Source of the DNA: Eledone cirrhosa
Lineage: Eukaryota
DNA length: 64,000 nt
Direction of reading: 5' to 3'
Assembly: GCA_964016885.1 (NCBI GenBank)
Contig: OZ024753.1
Coordinates: forward strand, 26,536,001-26,600,000
Shown: positions 49,700 through 61,600 of the stretch, piece after piece
Position numbering within the stretch: position 1 is the stretch's first letter
How the letters are laid out: each line of letters starts with the position of its first letter
Program-made: the position numbers and the translations under genes
Notes under the pieces: generated by a model
Told to the model about the DNA's origin: nothing
Seen by the model: the letters and a program-made list of their open reading frames with translations, nothing else
Database searches by the model: none

Positions 49700-52600
49700 T
49701 AGGGTTAGGGTTAGTGTTAGGGTTAGTGTAAGGGTTTGGATTAGGTTTAGGGTTAGGGTTAGGGTTAGGGTTTGGGTTTGCGTTAGGGTTAGGGGTTGGG
49801 TTTGGGTTTGGTTTCGTGTTAGGGTTAGGGTTAAGGTTTGGGTTAGGGTTTGCGTTACGGTTAGTGTCAGGGTTAGTGTTAGGATTAGGGTTACGGTTAG
49901 GGTTTGGGTTTGGGTTAGCGTTAGGGTTAGGGTTAGGCTTTGTGTTATCGTTTGGGTTAGTGTTAGGTTTAGAGTTAGGTTTAGGGTTTGATTTATGGTT
50001 TTGGGTTATGGTTAGGGTTAGTTTTAAGGTTAGTGTTAGGGTTTGGGTTAGTGTTTGGGTTAGCTTTAGGGTTAGTGTTACGGTTTGTGTTAGGGTTAGG
50101 GTTAAAGCTTGGGTTTGGGTTTGGTTTCAGGTTAGTGTTAATGTTTGGGTTAGGGTTTGCGTTAGGGTTACTATTAGCGTTTCGGTTAGGGTTGGGGAAG
50201 GGTTACGGTTACGGTTAGGTTTACCGTTAGGTTTAGGGTTAGGGTTTGTGTTTGGGTTAGGGTTAGGGTTAAGGTTTTTGTTACGGTTAGGGTTCGAGTT
50301 AGAGCGAGGGTTTGGGTTTGGGTTCGGGTTTGGTTTAATATTAGGGTTAGCGCTAAGGTTAGGGTTAGGATTTGTGTTAGTGTTTGGGTTAGGGTTACTG
50401 TTAGTGTTTGGCTTCGTGTTAGGGTTAGCGTTAGGGTTAGGGTTAGTGTTTGGGTTGGGGTGCATGTTAGGTTGGGGTTAGGTTTCAGTTTAGTGTTAGG
50501 GTTAGGGTTAGGGTAAGGGATAGGGTTAGAGTTAGGGTTGGGGTTAGGGTTAGCGTTGCGGTTGTGGTTGGGGCTAACGTTGGGGATAGGGTTGGGTTAG
50601 AGATAAGGTTAGAGTTAGGATTGGGGTTATGGTTAGTGTTGGGGTTAGGGTTAGGGTTAGGGTTAGGGTTAGGGTTAGAGTTATCGTTTGGGCTACGTTA
50701 AGGGTTAGGGTTTGTGTCTGCGTTAGGGTTAGGGCTTGGGTCTGGGTTTGGTTTCGGGTTAGGGTTAGGGTTAGGGTTAGTGTTAAGGTTTGGGTTAGGG
50801 TGTGCGTTAGGGTTAGGGTTAGGGTTAGGGTTAGATTTAGAGTTAGGGTTTGGGTTTGGGTTAGCGTTAGGGTTAAGATTAGGGTTTGGGTTAGGGTTCG
50901 AGTTAGGGTGAGGGTTTGGGCTTGGTTTAGGGTTAGGGCTAACGTTAGGGTTAGGTTTTGTGTTTGGGTTAGGGTTAGCGATAGGGTTCGGGTTAGGATT
51001 AGGGTTAGGGTTAGGGTTTGGGTTAGGATTTGGGTTAGGGTTATTGTTAGTGTTACTGCTAGGGTTAGGGTTTGGGTTTGGGTTAGGGTTACGGTTAGTG
51101 TTTGGGTTAGTGTTAGGGATAGTGTTAGTGTTAGGATTAGGGTTAGGGTTACGTTTCCGGTTGGGATTAGCGTTGGTGATATGGTTAGGGTTAGGGTTGG
51201 CTTAGGGTTAGGTTTAGGGTTAGGGTTTGGGTTAGGTTTAGTGTTAGGGTTAGGTTTAGGGTTAGGGTTAGGGTTAGGGTTTGGGTTAGGTTTAGGGTTA
51301 CGGTTAGGGTTACGGTTTGGGTTTGGTTTAGGTTTAGGGTTATGGTTAGGGTTAGGGTTAGGGTTTGGATTAGGATTAGGGTTAGGGTTAGGGTTAAGTT
51401 TTTGGTTTGGTTTAGGGTTAGGTTTCAGGTTGGGATTAGCGTTGGGGATAGGGTTAGGGTTAGGGTTGGCTTAGGGTTAGGTTTAGGGTTAGGGTTTGGG
51501 TTAGGTTTAGTGTTAGGGTTAGGTTTAGGGTTAGGGTTAGGGTTAGGGTTTGGGTTAGGTTTAGGGTTATGGTTAGGGTTACGGTTTGGGTTTGGTTTAG
51601 GTTTAGGGTTAGGGTTAGGGTTAGTGTTAGTGTTTGGATTAGGGTTAGGGTTAAGTTTTTGGTTTGGGTTAGGGTTAGGTTTTTCTTTGGGTTAGGGTTA
51701 GATTTAGGTTTAGGGTTAGACTTTCGGTTTGGGTTAGGGTTAGGGTTAGGGATTGGGATTGGTTTCGGGTTAGGGTTATGGTTAGTTTTAAGGTTTGGTT
51801 TAGGGTTTGCGTTAGGGTTACTATTAGGGTTTGGGATAGGGTTAGGTTTAGTTTTAGTGTTAGGGTTAGGGTCAGGTTTAGGGTTACGGTTTGTGTTTGG
51901 GTTAGGGTTAGGATTAGTTTTAGGGTTAGCGTTTCGGTTAGGGTTAGGGTAAGAGTTAGGGTTGGGGTTAGGTTTAGGGTGAGGGTTTGGGTTTGGGTTC
52001 GAATTTGGTTTAATGTTAGGGCTAGCGCTAAGGTTAGGGTTAGAGTTTGGGTTAGGGTTTTGGTTAGGGTTACGGTTAGTGTTTGGGTTAGTGTTAGGGT
52101 TAGCGTTATGGTTAGTGTTAGGGTTAGGGTTAGGGTTAGGGTTGTGGTTAGTGTTAGCGTTGGGGTTAGGGTTAGTGTTAGGGTTAGTATTAGGGTTAGG
52201 GTTAGGAATACAGTTGCGGTTGTGGTTGGGGTTGGGGCTAGCGTTGGGGATAGCGTTGGGTTAGGGTTAGGGTTAGGGTTAGGGTTAGAGTTATCGTTTG
52301 GGTTAGGGTTACGGTTAGGGTTTGGGTTAGGGTTAGGGTTTTGGGTTAGGTTTAGGGTTAGGGTTAATGTTAGGTTTAGCGTTAGGGTTTGGATTAGGGT
52401 TTGGGTTTGCGTTAGGGTTAGGGCTTGTGTTTGGGTTTGGTTTCGGGTCAGGGTTAGGGTTAAGGTTTGGGTTAGGGTGTGCGTTAGGGTTAGTGTCAGG
52501 GTTAATGTTAGGATTAGGGTTACGATTAGGTTTAGAGTTAGGGTTTGGGTTTGGGTTAGCATTAGCGTTAGGGTTAGGGTTTGGGTTAGGGTTTGAGTTA

Positions 52601-55600
52601 GGGTGAGGGTTTGTGTTTGGTTTAGGGTTAGGGTTAGGATTTGGGTTAGGGTTATTGTTAGTGTTACTGCTAGGGTTTGGATTTGGGTTAGGGTTACGGT
52701 TAGTGTTTGGGTTAGTGTTAGGGATAGTGTTAGTGTTAGGGTTAGGTTTAGGGTTACGTTTCCGGTTGGGATTAGCGTTGGGGATATGGTTAGGGTTAGG
52801 GTTGGCTTAGGGTTAGGTTTAGGGTTAGGGTTTGGGTTAGGTTTAGTGTTAGGATTAGGTTTAGGGTTAGGGTTAGGGTTTGGGTTAGGTTTAGGGTTAC
52901 GGTTAGGGTTACGGTTTGGGTTTGGGTTAGGTCTAGTTTTGGGGTTAGGGTTACTGTTAAGGGTAGGGTTTGGGTTATGTTTAGGGTTAGGGTTAGGGTT
53001 TGGGTTAGGGTTACGGTTAGGGTACGGGTTCGGGTTGGGGTTCGGGTTAGCGTTGGTGATACCGTTGGTTTTAGGGTTAGGGTTAGGGTTAGGGTTAGAG
53101 TTAGGGTTAGTGTTAGGGTTAGTGTTAGGATTAGGGTTACGGTTAGGTTTAGGGTTTGGGTTAGCATTAGCGTTAGGGTTAGGGTTTGGGTTAGGGCTTG
53201 AGTTAGGGTGAGGGTTTGAGTTTGGGTTTGGTTTAGGGTTAGGGTTAGGGTTAGGGTTAGGGTTAGGATTTGGGTTAGGGTTATTGTTAGTGTTACTGCT
53301 AGGGTTTGGGTTTGGGTTAGGGTTATGGTTAGTGTTTGGGTTAGTGTTAGGGATAGTGTTAGTGTTAGGGTTAGGGTTAGGGTTACGTTTCCGGTTGGGA
53401 TTAGCGTTGGGGATATGGTTAGGGTTAGGGTTGGCTTAGGGTTAGGTTTAGGGTTAGGGTTTGGGTTAGGTTTAGTGTTAGGGTTAGGTTTAGGGTTAGG
53501 GTTAGGGTTAGGGTTTGGGTTAGGTTTAGGGTTACGGTTAGGGTTACGGTTTGGGTTTGGGTTAGGTTTAGTGTTAGGGTTACAGTTAAGGGTAGGGTTT
53601 GGGTTATGTTTAGGGTTAGGATTAGGGTTTGGGTTACGGTTACGGTTAGGGTTCGGGTTCGGGTTGGGGTTTGAGTTAGGGTTAGGGTTAGGGTTAGAGT
53701 TTGGGTTAGTGTTAGGGTTAGGGTTAGGATTAGGGTTACGGTTAGGTTTAGGGTTAGGGTTAAGTTTTGGGTTAGTGTTAGGGTTAGGATTAGGGTTAGG
53801 GTTAGGGTTTGGGTTTGGGGTAGGGTTACGGCTTGGGTTTGGGTTTGATTTCGGGTTAGGGTTAGGGTTAGTGTTATGGTTTGTGTTAGGGTGTGCGTTA
53901 GGGTTAGGGTTAGAGTTAGGATTAGGGTTACAGTTAGGTTTAGGGTTAGGGTATGTGTTTGTTTTAGGGTTAGCGTTAGGGTTAGTGTTAGGGTTAGTGT
54001 TTGGGTTGGGGTTGGGGTGGGGTTGGGTTGCGGATTACGGTTGGGGTTAGGGTTGAGTTTCGGGTTAGGTTTAGGGTTAGGGTTAAGGATAGGGTTAGAG
54101 TTAGGGTTGGGGTTAGTCTTAGCGTTGGGGTTAGGGTTAGTGTTAGGGTTAAGGTGAGCGTCATGGTTAGGATTAGGGTTAGGGTTACGGTTAGTGTTTG
54201 GGTTAGTGTTAGGGATAGTGTTAGTGTTAGGATTAGGGTTAGGGTTACGTTTCCGGTTGGGATTAGCGTTGGGGATAGGGTTAGGGTTAGGGTTGGCTTA
54301 GGGTTAGATTTAGGGTTAGGGTTTGGGTTAGGTTTAGTGTTAGGGTTAGGTTTAGGGTTAGGGTTAGGGTTAGGGTTTGGATTAGGTTTAGGGTTACGGT
54401 TAGGGTTACGGTTTGGGTTTGGTTTAGGTTTAGGGTTAGGGTTAGGGTTAGGGTTAGGGTTAGTGTTAGGGTCTGGATTAGGGTTAGGGTTAGGGTTAGG
54501 GTTAAGTTTTTGGTTTGGGTTAGGGTTAGCTTTTTGTTTGGGTTAGGGTTAGGTTTAGGTATAGGGTTAGGCTTTCGGTTTGGGTTAGGGTTAGTGTTAG
54601 GGCTTGGGATTGGTTTCGGGTTAGGGTTATGGTTAGTTTTAAGGTTTGGGTTAGGGTTTGCGTTAGGGTTACGATTAGGGTTTGGGATAGGGTTAGGTTT
54701 AGTTTTAGTGTTAGGGTTAGTGTCAGGTTTAGGGTTACGGTTTGGGTTTGGGTTAGGGTTTGGATTAGGTTTAGCGTTAGCGTTTCGGTTAGGGTTAGGG
54801 TAAGAGTTAGGGTTAGGGTTAGGTTTAGGGTGAGGGTTTGGATTTGGGTTCGGATTTGGTTTAATGTTAGGGCTAGCGCTAAGGTTAGGGTTAGGGTTTG
54901 GGTTAGGGTTACGGTTAGTGTTTGCTTTAGTGTTAGGGTTAGCGTTATGTTTAGTGTTAGGGTTAGGGTTAGGGTTAGGGTTGGGGTTAGTGTTAGCGTT
55001 GGGGTTAGGGTTAGTGTTAGGGTTAGGATTAGGGTTAGCGTTAGGAATACAGTTGCGGTTGTGGTTAGGGTTGGAGCTAGCGTTGGGGATAGGGTTGGGT
55101 TAGGGTTAGGGTTAGGTTTAGGGTTAGGGTTAGAGTTATCGTTTGGGTTAGGGTTACGGTTAGGGTTAGGGTTAGGGTTATGGTTTTGGGTTAGGTTTAG
55201 GGTTAGTGTTAATGTTAGGGTTAGTGTTAGGGTTTGGATTAGGGTTAGTGTTACGGTTAGGGTTAGGGTTTGGGTTTGCGTTAGGGTTAGGGCTTGGGTT
55301 TGGGTTTGGTTTCGGGTTAGGGTTAAGGTTTGGGTTAGGGTATGCGTTAGGGTTAGTGTCAGGGTTAGTGTTAGGATTAGGGTTACGGTTAGGTTTAGAG
55401 TTAGGGTTTGGGTTTTGGTTAGCGTTAGGGTTAGGGTTAGGGTTTGGGTTATCGTTTGGGTTAGGGTTAGGTTTAGAGTTAGGTTTAGGGTTAGGGTTAT
55501 GGTTTTGGGTTATGGTTAGGGTTAGTGTTAAGGTTAGTGTTAGGGTTTGGATTAGGGTTAGGGTTAGGGTTAGGTTTTGGGTTAGTGTTAGGGTTAGGGT

Positions 55601-58600
55601 TATGTTTATGGTTAGGGTTTCGGTTTGTGTTAGGGTTAGGGTTAAAGCTTGGTTTTGGGTTTGGTTTCAGGTTAGTGTTAAGGTTTGGGTTAGGGTTTGC
55701 GTTATGGTTACTATTAGCGTTTCGGTTAGGGTTAGGTAAGGGTTACGGTTACGGTTAGGGTTACGGTTAGGTTTAGGGTTAGGGTTTGTGTTTGGGTTAG
55801 GGTTAGGGTTAGGGTTTGTGTTACGGTTAGGGTTCAAGTTAGAGTGAGGGTTTGGGTTTGGGTTCGGGTTTGGTTTATTATTAGGGCTAGCGCTAAGGTT
55901 AGGGTTAGGTTTCGGTTAGGGTTTGGTTTAGGGTTACTGTTACTGTGTTTGGGTTCGTGTTAGGGTTAGCGTTAGGGTTAGGGTTAGTGTTTGGGTTGGG
56001 GTTGGGGTGGGTTGGGGTGCATGTTAAGGTTGGGGTTAGGGTTGAGGTTAATGTTAGGGTTAGGGTTAGGGTTAGGATTAGGGATAGGGTTAGAGTTAGG
56101 GTTGGGGTTACAGTTAGCGTTGGGGTTAGGGTTAGTTTTAGGGTTAGGGTTAGGATTAGGGTTAGGATTATGGTTGCGGTTGTGGTTGGGGCTAACGTTG
56201 GGGATAGGGTTAGAGTTAGGATTGGGGTTATGGTCAGCGTTGGGGTTAGGGTTAGGGTTAGGGTTAGAGTTATCGTTTGGGTTAGGTTTAGCGTTAGGGT
56301 TAGTGTTAGGGTTTGGGTTTGCGTTAGGGTTAGGTCTTGGGTCTGTGTTTGGTTTCGGGTTAGGGTTAGGGTTAGGGTCAGTGTTAAGGTTTGGGTTAGG
56401 GTGTGCGTTAGAGTTAGTGTTAGGATTAGTTTTAGGATTAGGGTTACGGTTAGGTTTAGAGTTAGGGTTTGGGTTTGGGTTAGCATTAGGTTTAGGGTTA
56501 GGGTTTGGCTTAGGGTTCGAGTTAGGGTGAGGGTTTGGGTTTGGTTTAGGTTTAGGGTTAAGGTTAGGGTTAGGGTTAGGGTTAGGATTTGGGTTAGGGT
56601 TATTGTTAGTGTTACTGCTAGGTTTAGGTTTTTTGTGGGGGTTACGGTTAGTGTTTGGGTTAGTGTTAGGGATAGTGTTAGTGTTAGGGTTGCGGTTAGG
56701 GTTACGTTTCCGGTTGGGATTAGCGTTGGGGATAGGGTTAGGGTTAGGGTTGGCTTAGGGTTAGGTTTAGTGTTAGGGTTTGGGTTAGGGTTAGTGTTAG
56801 GTTTAGGTTTAGGGTTAGGGTTAGGGTTTGGGTTAGGTTTAGGGTTACGGTTAGGGTTGCGGTTTGGCATTGGGTTAGGTTTAGGGTTAGGGTTAGGGTT
56901 ACTGCTAAGGGTAGGGTTTCGGTTATGTTTAGGGTTAGGGTCAGGGTTAGGGTTAGGGTTAGGGTTAGGGTTAGGGTTAGGGTTAGGGTTAGGGTTTGGA
57001 TTAGGTTTAGGGTTAGGGTTAGGGTTTGGGTTTGCGTTAGGGTTAGGGGTTGTGTTTGGGTTTGGTTTCGGGTTAGGGTTAGGGTTAAGGTTTGGGTTAG
57101 GGTTTGCGTTACGGTTAGTGTCAGGGTTAGTGTTAGGATTAGGGTTACGGTTAGGGTTTGGGTTTGGGTTAGCGTTAGGGTTAGGGTTAGGCTTTGGGTT
57201 ATCGTTTGGGTTAGTGTTAGGTTTAGAGTTAGGTTTAGTGTTAGGGTTATGGTTTGGGGTTATGGTTAGGATTAGTTTTAAGGTTAGTGTTAGGGTTTGG
57301 ATTAGGGTTAGGGTTAGGGTTAGGGTTAGGGTTTGGGTTAGTGTTTGGGTTAGGTTTAGGGTTAGGGTTTCGGTTTGTGTTAGGGTTAGGGTTAAAGCTT
57401 GGGTTTGGGTTTTGTTTCAGGTTAGTGTTAATGTTTGGGTTAGGGTTTACGTTAGGGTTACTATTAGCGTTTCGGTTAGGGTTGGGTAAGGGTTACGGTT
57501 ACGGTTAGGGTTACCGTTAGGTTTAGGGTTAGGGTTTGCGTTTGGGTTAGGGTTAGGGTTAAGGTTTTTGTTACGGTTAGGGTTCGAGTTAGAGTGAGGG
57601 TTTGGGTTTGGGTTCTGGTTTGGTTTAATATTAGGGCTAGCGTTAAGGTTAGGGTTAGGGTTTCGGTTAGGGTTTGGGTTAGGGTTACTGTTAGTGTTTG
57701 GGTTCGTGTTAGGGTTAGCGTTAGGGTTAGGGTTAGTGTTTGGGTTGGGGTGCATGTTAAGGTTGGGGTTAGGGTTCAGTTTAGTGTTAGGGTTAGGGTT
57801 AGGGTTAGGGATAGGGTTATAGTTAGGGTTGGGTTTAGGGTTAGCGTTAGGGTTAGGTTTAGTGTTAGGGTTAGGATTACGGTTGCGGTTGTGGTTGGGG
57901 CTAACGTTGGGGATAGGGTTGGGTTAGAGATAAGGTTAGAGTTAGGATTGGGGTTATGGTTAGCGTTGGGTTTAGGGTTAGGGTTAGGGTTAGGGTTAGG
58001 GTTAGGGTTAGGGTTAGGGTTAGAGTTATCGTTTGGGTTACGTTAAGGGTTAGGGTTAGTGTTAAGGTTTGGATTAGGGTTAGGGTTAGGGTTAGGGTTA
58101 GGGTTAGGGTTTGGGTTTGCGTTAGGGTTAAGGCTTGGGTCTGTGTTTGGTTTCGGGTTAGGGTTAGGGTTAGTGTTAAGGTTTGGGTTAGGGTGTGCGT
58201 TAGGGTTAGGGTTAGGGTTAGGGTTAGGATTACGTTTAGATTTAGAGTTAGGATTTGGGTTTGAGTTAGAGTTAGGGTTAAGATTAGGGTTTGGGTTAGG
58301 GTTCGAGTTAGGGTGAGGGTTTGGGCTTGGTTTAGGGTTAGGGCTAACGTTAGGGTTAGGTTTTGTGTTTGGGTTAGGGTTAGCGATAGGGTTCGGGTTA
58401 GGATTAGGGTTAGGGTTAGGGTTAGGGTTAGGGTTAGGGTTACTGCTAGGGTTAGGGTTTGGGTTTGGGTTAGGGTTACGGTTAGTGTTTGGGTTAGTGT
58501 TAGGGATAGTGTTAGTGTCAGGATTAGGGTTAGGGTTACGTTTCCGGTTGGGATTAGCATTGGTGATATGGTTAGGGTTAGGGTTGGCTTAGGGTAAGAT

Positions 58601-61600
58601 TTAGGGTTAGGGTTTGGGTTAGGTTTAGTGTTAGGGTTAGGTTTAGGGTTAGGGTTAGGGTTTGGGTTAGGTTTAGGGTTAGGGTTAGGTTTAGGGTTAG
58701 GGTTAGGGTTAGGGTTTGGGTTAGGTTTAGTGTTACGGTTAGGGTTACGGTTTGGGTTTGGTTTAGGTTTAGGGTTAGGGTTAGGGTTAGGGTTAGGGTT
58801 TGGATTAGGGTTAGGGTTAGGGTTACGGTTAAGTTTTTGGTTTGGGTTAGGGTTAGGTTTCCGGTTGGGATTAGCGTTGGGGATATGGATAGGGTTAGGG
58901 TTGGCTTAGGGTTAGGTTTAGGGTTAGGGTTTGGGTTAGGTTTAGTGTTAGGGTTAGGTTTAGGGTTAGGGTTAGGGTTAGGGTTTGGGTTAGGTTTAGG
59001 GTTACGGTTAGGGTTACGGTTTGAGTTTGGTTTAGGTTTAGGGTTATGGTTAGGGTTAGGGTTAGAGTTAGTGTTAGGGTTTGGATTAGGGTTAGGGTTA
59101 GGCTTAAGTTTTTTGTTTGGGTTAGGGTTAGGTTTTTGTTTGGGTTTGGGTTAGGTTTAGGTTTAGGGTTAGTCTTTCGGTTTGGGTTAGGGTTAGGGTT
59201 AGGGCTTGGGATTGGTTTCGGGTTAGGGTTATGGTTAGTTTTAAGGTTTTGGTTAGGGTTTGCGTTAGGGTTACGATTAGGGTTTGGGATAGCGTTAGGA
59301 TTAGTTTTAGTGTTAGGGTTAGTGTCAGGTTTAGGGTTACGGTTTGGGTTTGGGTTAGGGTTAGGATTAGGTTTAGGGTTAGCGTTTCGGTTAGGGTTAG
59401 GGTAAGAGTTAGGGTTAGGGTTAGGTTTAGGGTGAGGGTTTGGGTTTGGGTTCGGATTTGGTTTAATGTTAGGGCTAGCGCTAAGGTTAGGGTTAGGGTT
59501 TGGGTTAGGGTTTGGGTTAGGGTTACGGTTAGTGTTTGGGTTAGTGTTAGTGTTAGCGTTATGGTTAGTATTAGGGTTAGGGTTAGGGTTAGGGTTGTGG
59601 TTATTGTTAGCGTTGGGGTTAGGGTTAGTGTTAGGGTTAGTATTAGGGTTAGGGTTATGAATACAGTTGCGGTTGTGGTTGGGATTGGGGTTATGGTTAG
59701 GGTTAGGGTTAGAGTTATCGTTTGGGTTAGGGTTACGGTTAGGGTTAGGGTTAGGGTTATGGTTTTGGGTTAGGTTTATGGTTAGGGTTAATGTCAGGGT
59801 TAGTGTTAGGGTTTGGATTAGGGTTTGGGTTTGCGTTAGGGTTAGGACTTGGGTTTGGGTTTGGTTTCGGGTTAGGGTTAGGGTTAAGTTTTGGGTTAGG
59901 GTGTGCGTTAGGGTTAGTGTCAGGGTTAATGTTAGGATTAGGGTTACGGTTAGGTTTAGAGTTAGGGTTTGGGTTTGGGTTAGCATTAGCGTTAGGGTTA
60001 GGGTTTGGGTTAGGTTTAGGGTTATGGTTAGGGTTAGGATTTGGGTTAGGGTTATTGTTAGTGTTACTGCTAGGGTTTGGGTTTGGGTTAGGGTTTGGAG
60101 TTAGGGTTTGGGTTAGTGTTAGGGATAGTGTTAGTGTTAGGGTTAGGGTTAGGGTTACGTTTCCGGTTGGGATTAGCGTTGGGGATATGGTTAGGGTTAG
60201 GGTTGGCTTAGGGTTAGGTTTAGGGTTAGGGTTTGTGTTAGGTTTAGTGTTAGGGTTAGGTTTAGGGTTAGGGTTAGGGTTAGGGTTTGGGTTAGGTTTA
60301 GTGTTACGGTTAGGGTTACGGTTTGGGTTTGGGTTAGGTTTAGTGTTGGGGTTAGGGTTACTGTTAAGGGTTAGTGTTAGGGTCTGGATTAGGGTTAGGG
60401 TTAGGGTTTGGGTTAGGGTTACGGTTAGGGTTCGGGCTCGGGTTGGGGTTCGGGTTAGCGTTGGTGATACCGTTGGTTTTAGGGTTAGGGTTAGGGTTAG
60501 GGTTAGAGTTAGGGTTAGGGTTAGAGTTACGGTTTGGGTTAGGGTTAGGGTTAGGGTTAGAGTTTGGGTTAGTGTTAGGGTTAGGGTTAGGATTAGGATT
60601 AGGGTTACGGTTAGGTTTAGGGTTAGGGTTAAGTTTTGGGTTAGTGTTAGGGTTAGGATTAGTGTTAGGGTTAGGGTTTGGGTTTGGGGTAGGGTTACGG
60701 CTTGGGTTTGGGTTTGGTTTCGGGTTAGGGTTAGGGTTAGTGTTATGGTTTGTGTTAGGGTGTGCGTTAGGGTTAGGGTTAGAGTTAGGATTAGGGTTAC
60801 GGTTAGGTTTAGGGTTAGGGTATGTGTTTGTGTTAGGGTTAGCGTTAGGGTTAGTGTTAGGGTTAGTGTTTGGGTTTGGGTTGGGGTGGGGTTGGGGTGC
60901 GGATTACGGTTGGGGTCAGGGTTGAGTTTCGGGTTAGGTTTAGGGTTAGGGTTAAGGATAGGGTTAGAGTTAGGGTTGGGGTTAGTCTTAGCGTTGGGGT
61001 TAGGGTTAGGATTACGGTTAGTGTTGGGGTTAGTGTTAGGGATAGTGTTAGTGTTAGGATTAGGGTTAGGGTTACGTTTCCGGTTGGGATTAGCGTTGGG
61101 GATAGGGTTAGTGTTAGGGTTGGCTTAGGGTTAGGTTTAGGGTTTGTGTTTGGGTTAGGTTTAGTGTTAGGGTTAGGTTTAGGGTTAGGGTTAGCGTTAG
61201 GGTTTGGGTTAGGTTTAGGGTTACGGTTAGGGTTACGGTTTGGGTTTGGTTTAGGTTTAGGGTTAGGGTTAGGGTTAGGGTTAGTGTTAGGGTTTGGATT
61301 AGGGTTAGGGTTAGGGTTAGGGTTAAGTTTTTGGTTTGGTTTAGGGTTAGCTTTTTGTTTGGGTTAGGGTTAGGTTTAGGTTTAGGGTTAGGGTTAGTGT
61401 TAGGACTTGGGATTGGTTTCGGTTTAGGGATATGGTTAATTTTAACGTTTGGGTTAGGGTTTGCGTTTGAGTTACGATTAGGGTTTGAGATAGGGTTAGG
61501 TTTAATTTTAGTGTTAGGGTTAGGGTCAGGTTTAGGGTTACGGTTTGGGTTTGGGTTAGGGTTAGGATTAGGTTTAGGGTTAGCGTTTCGTTTAGGGTTT

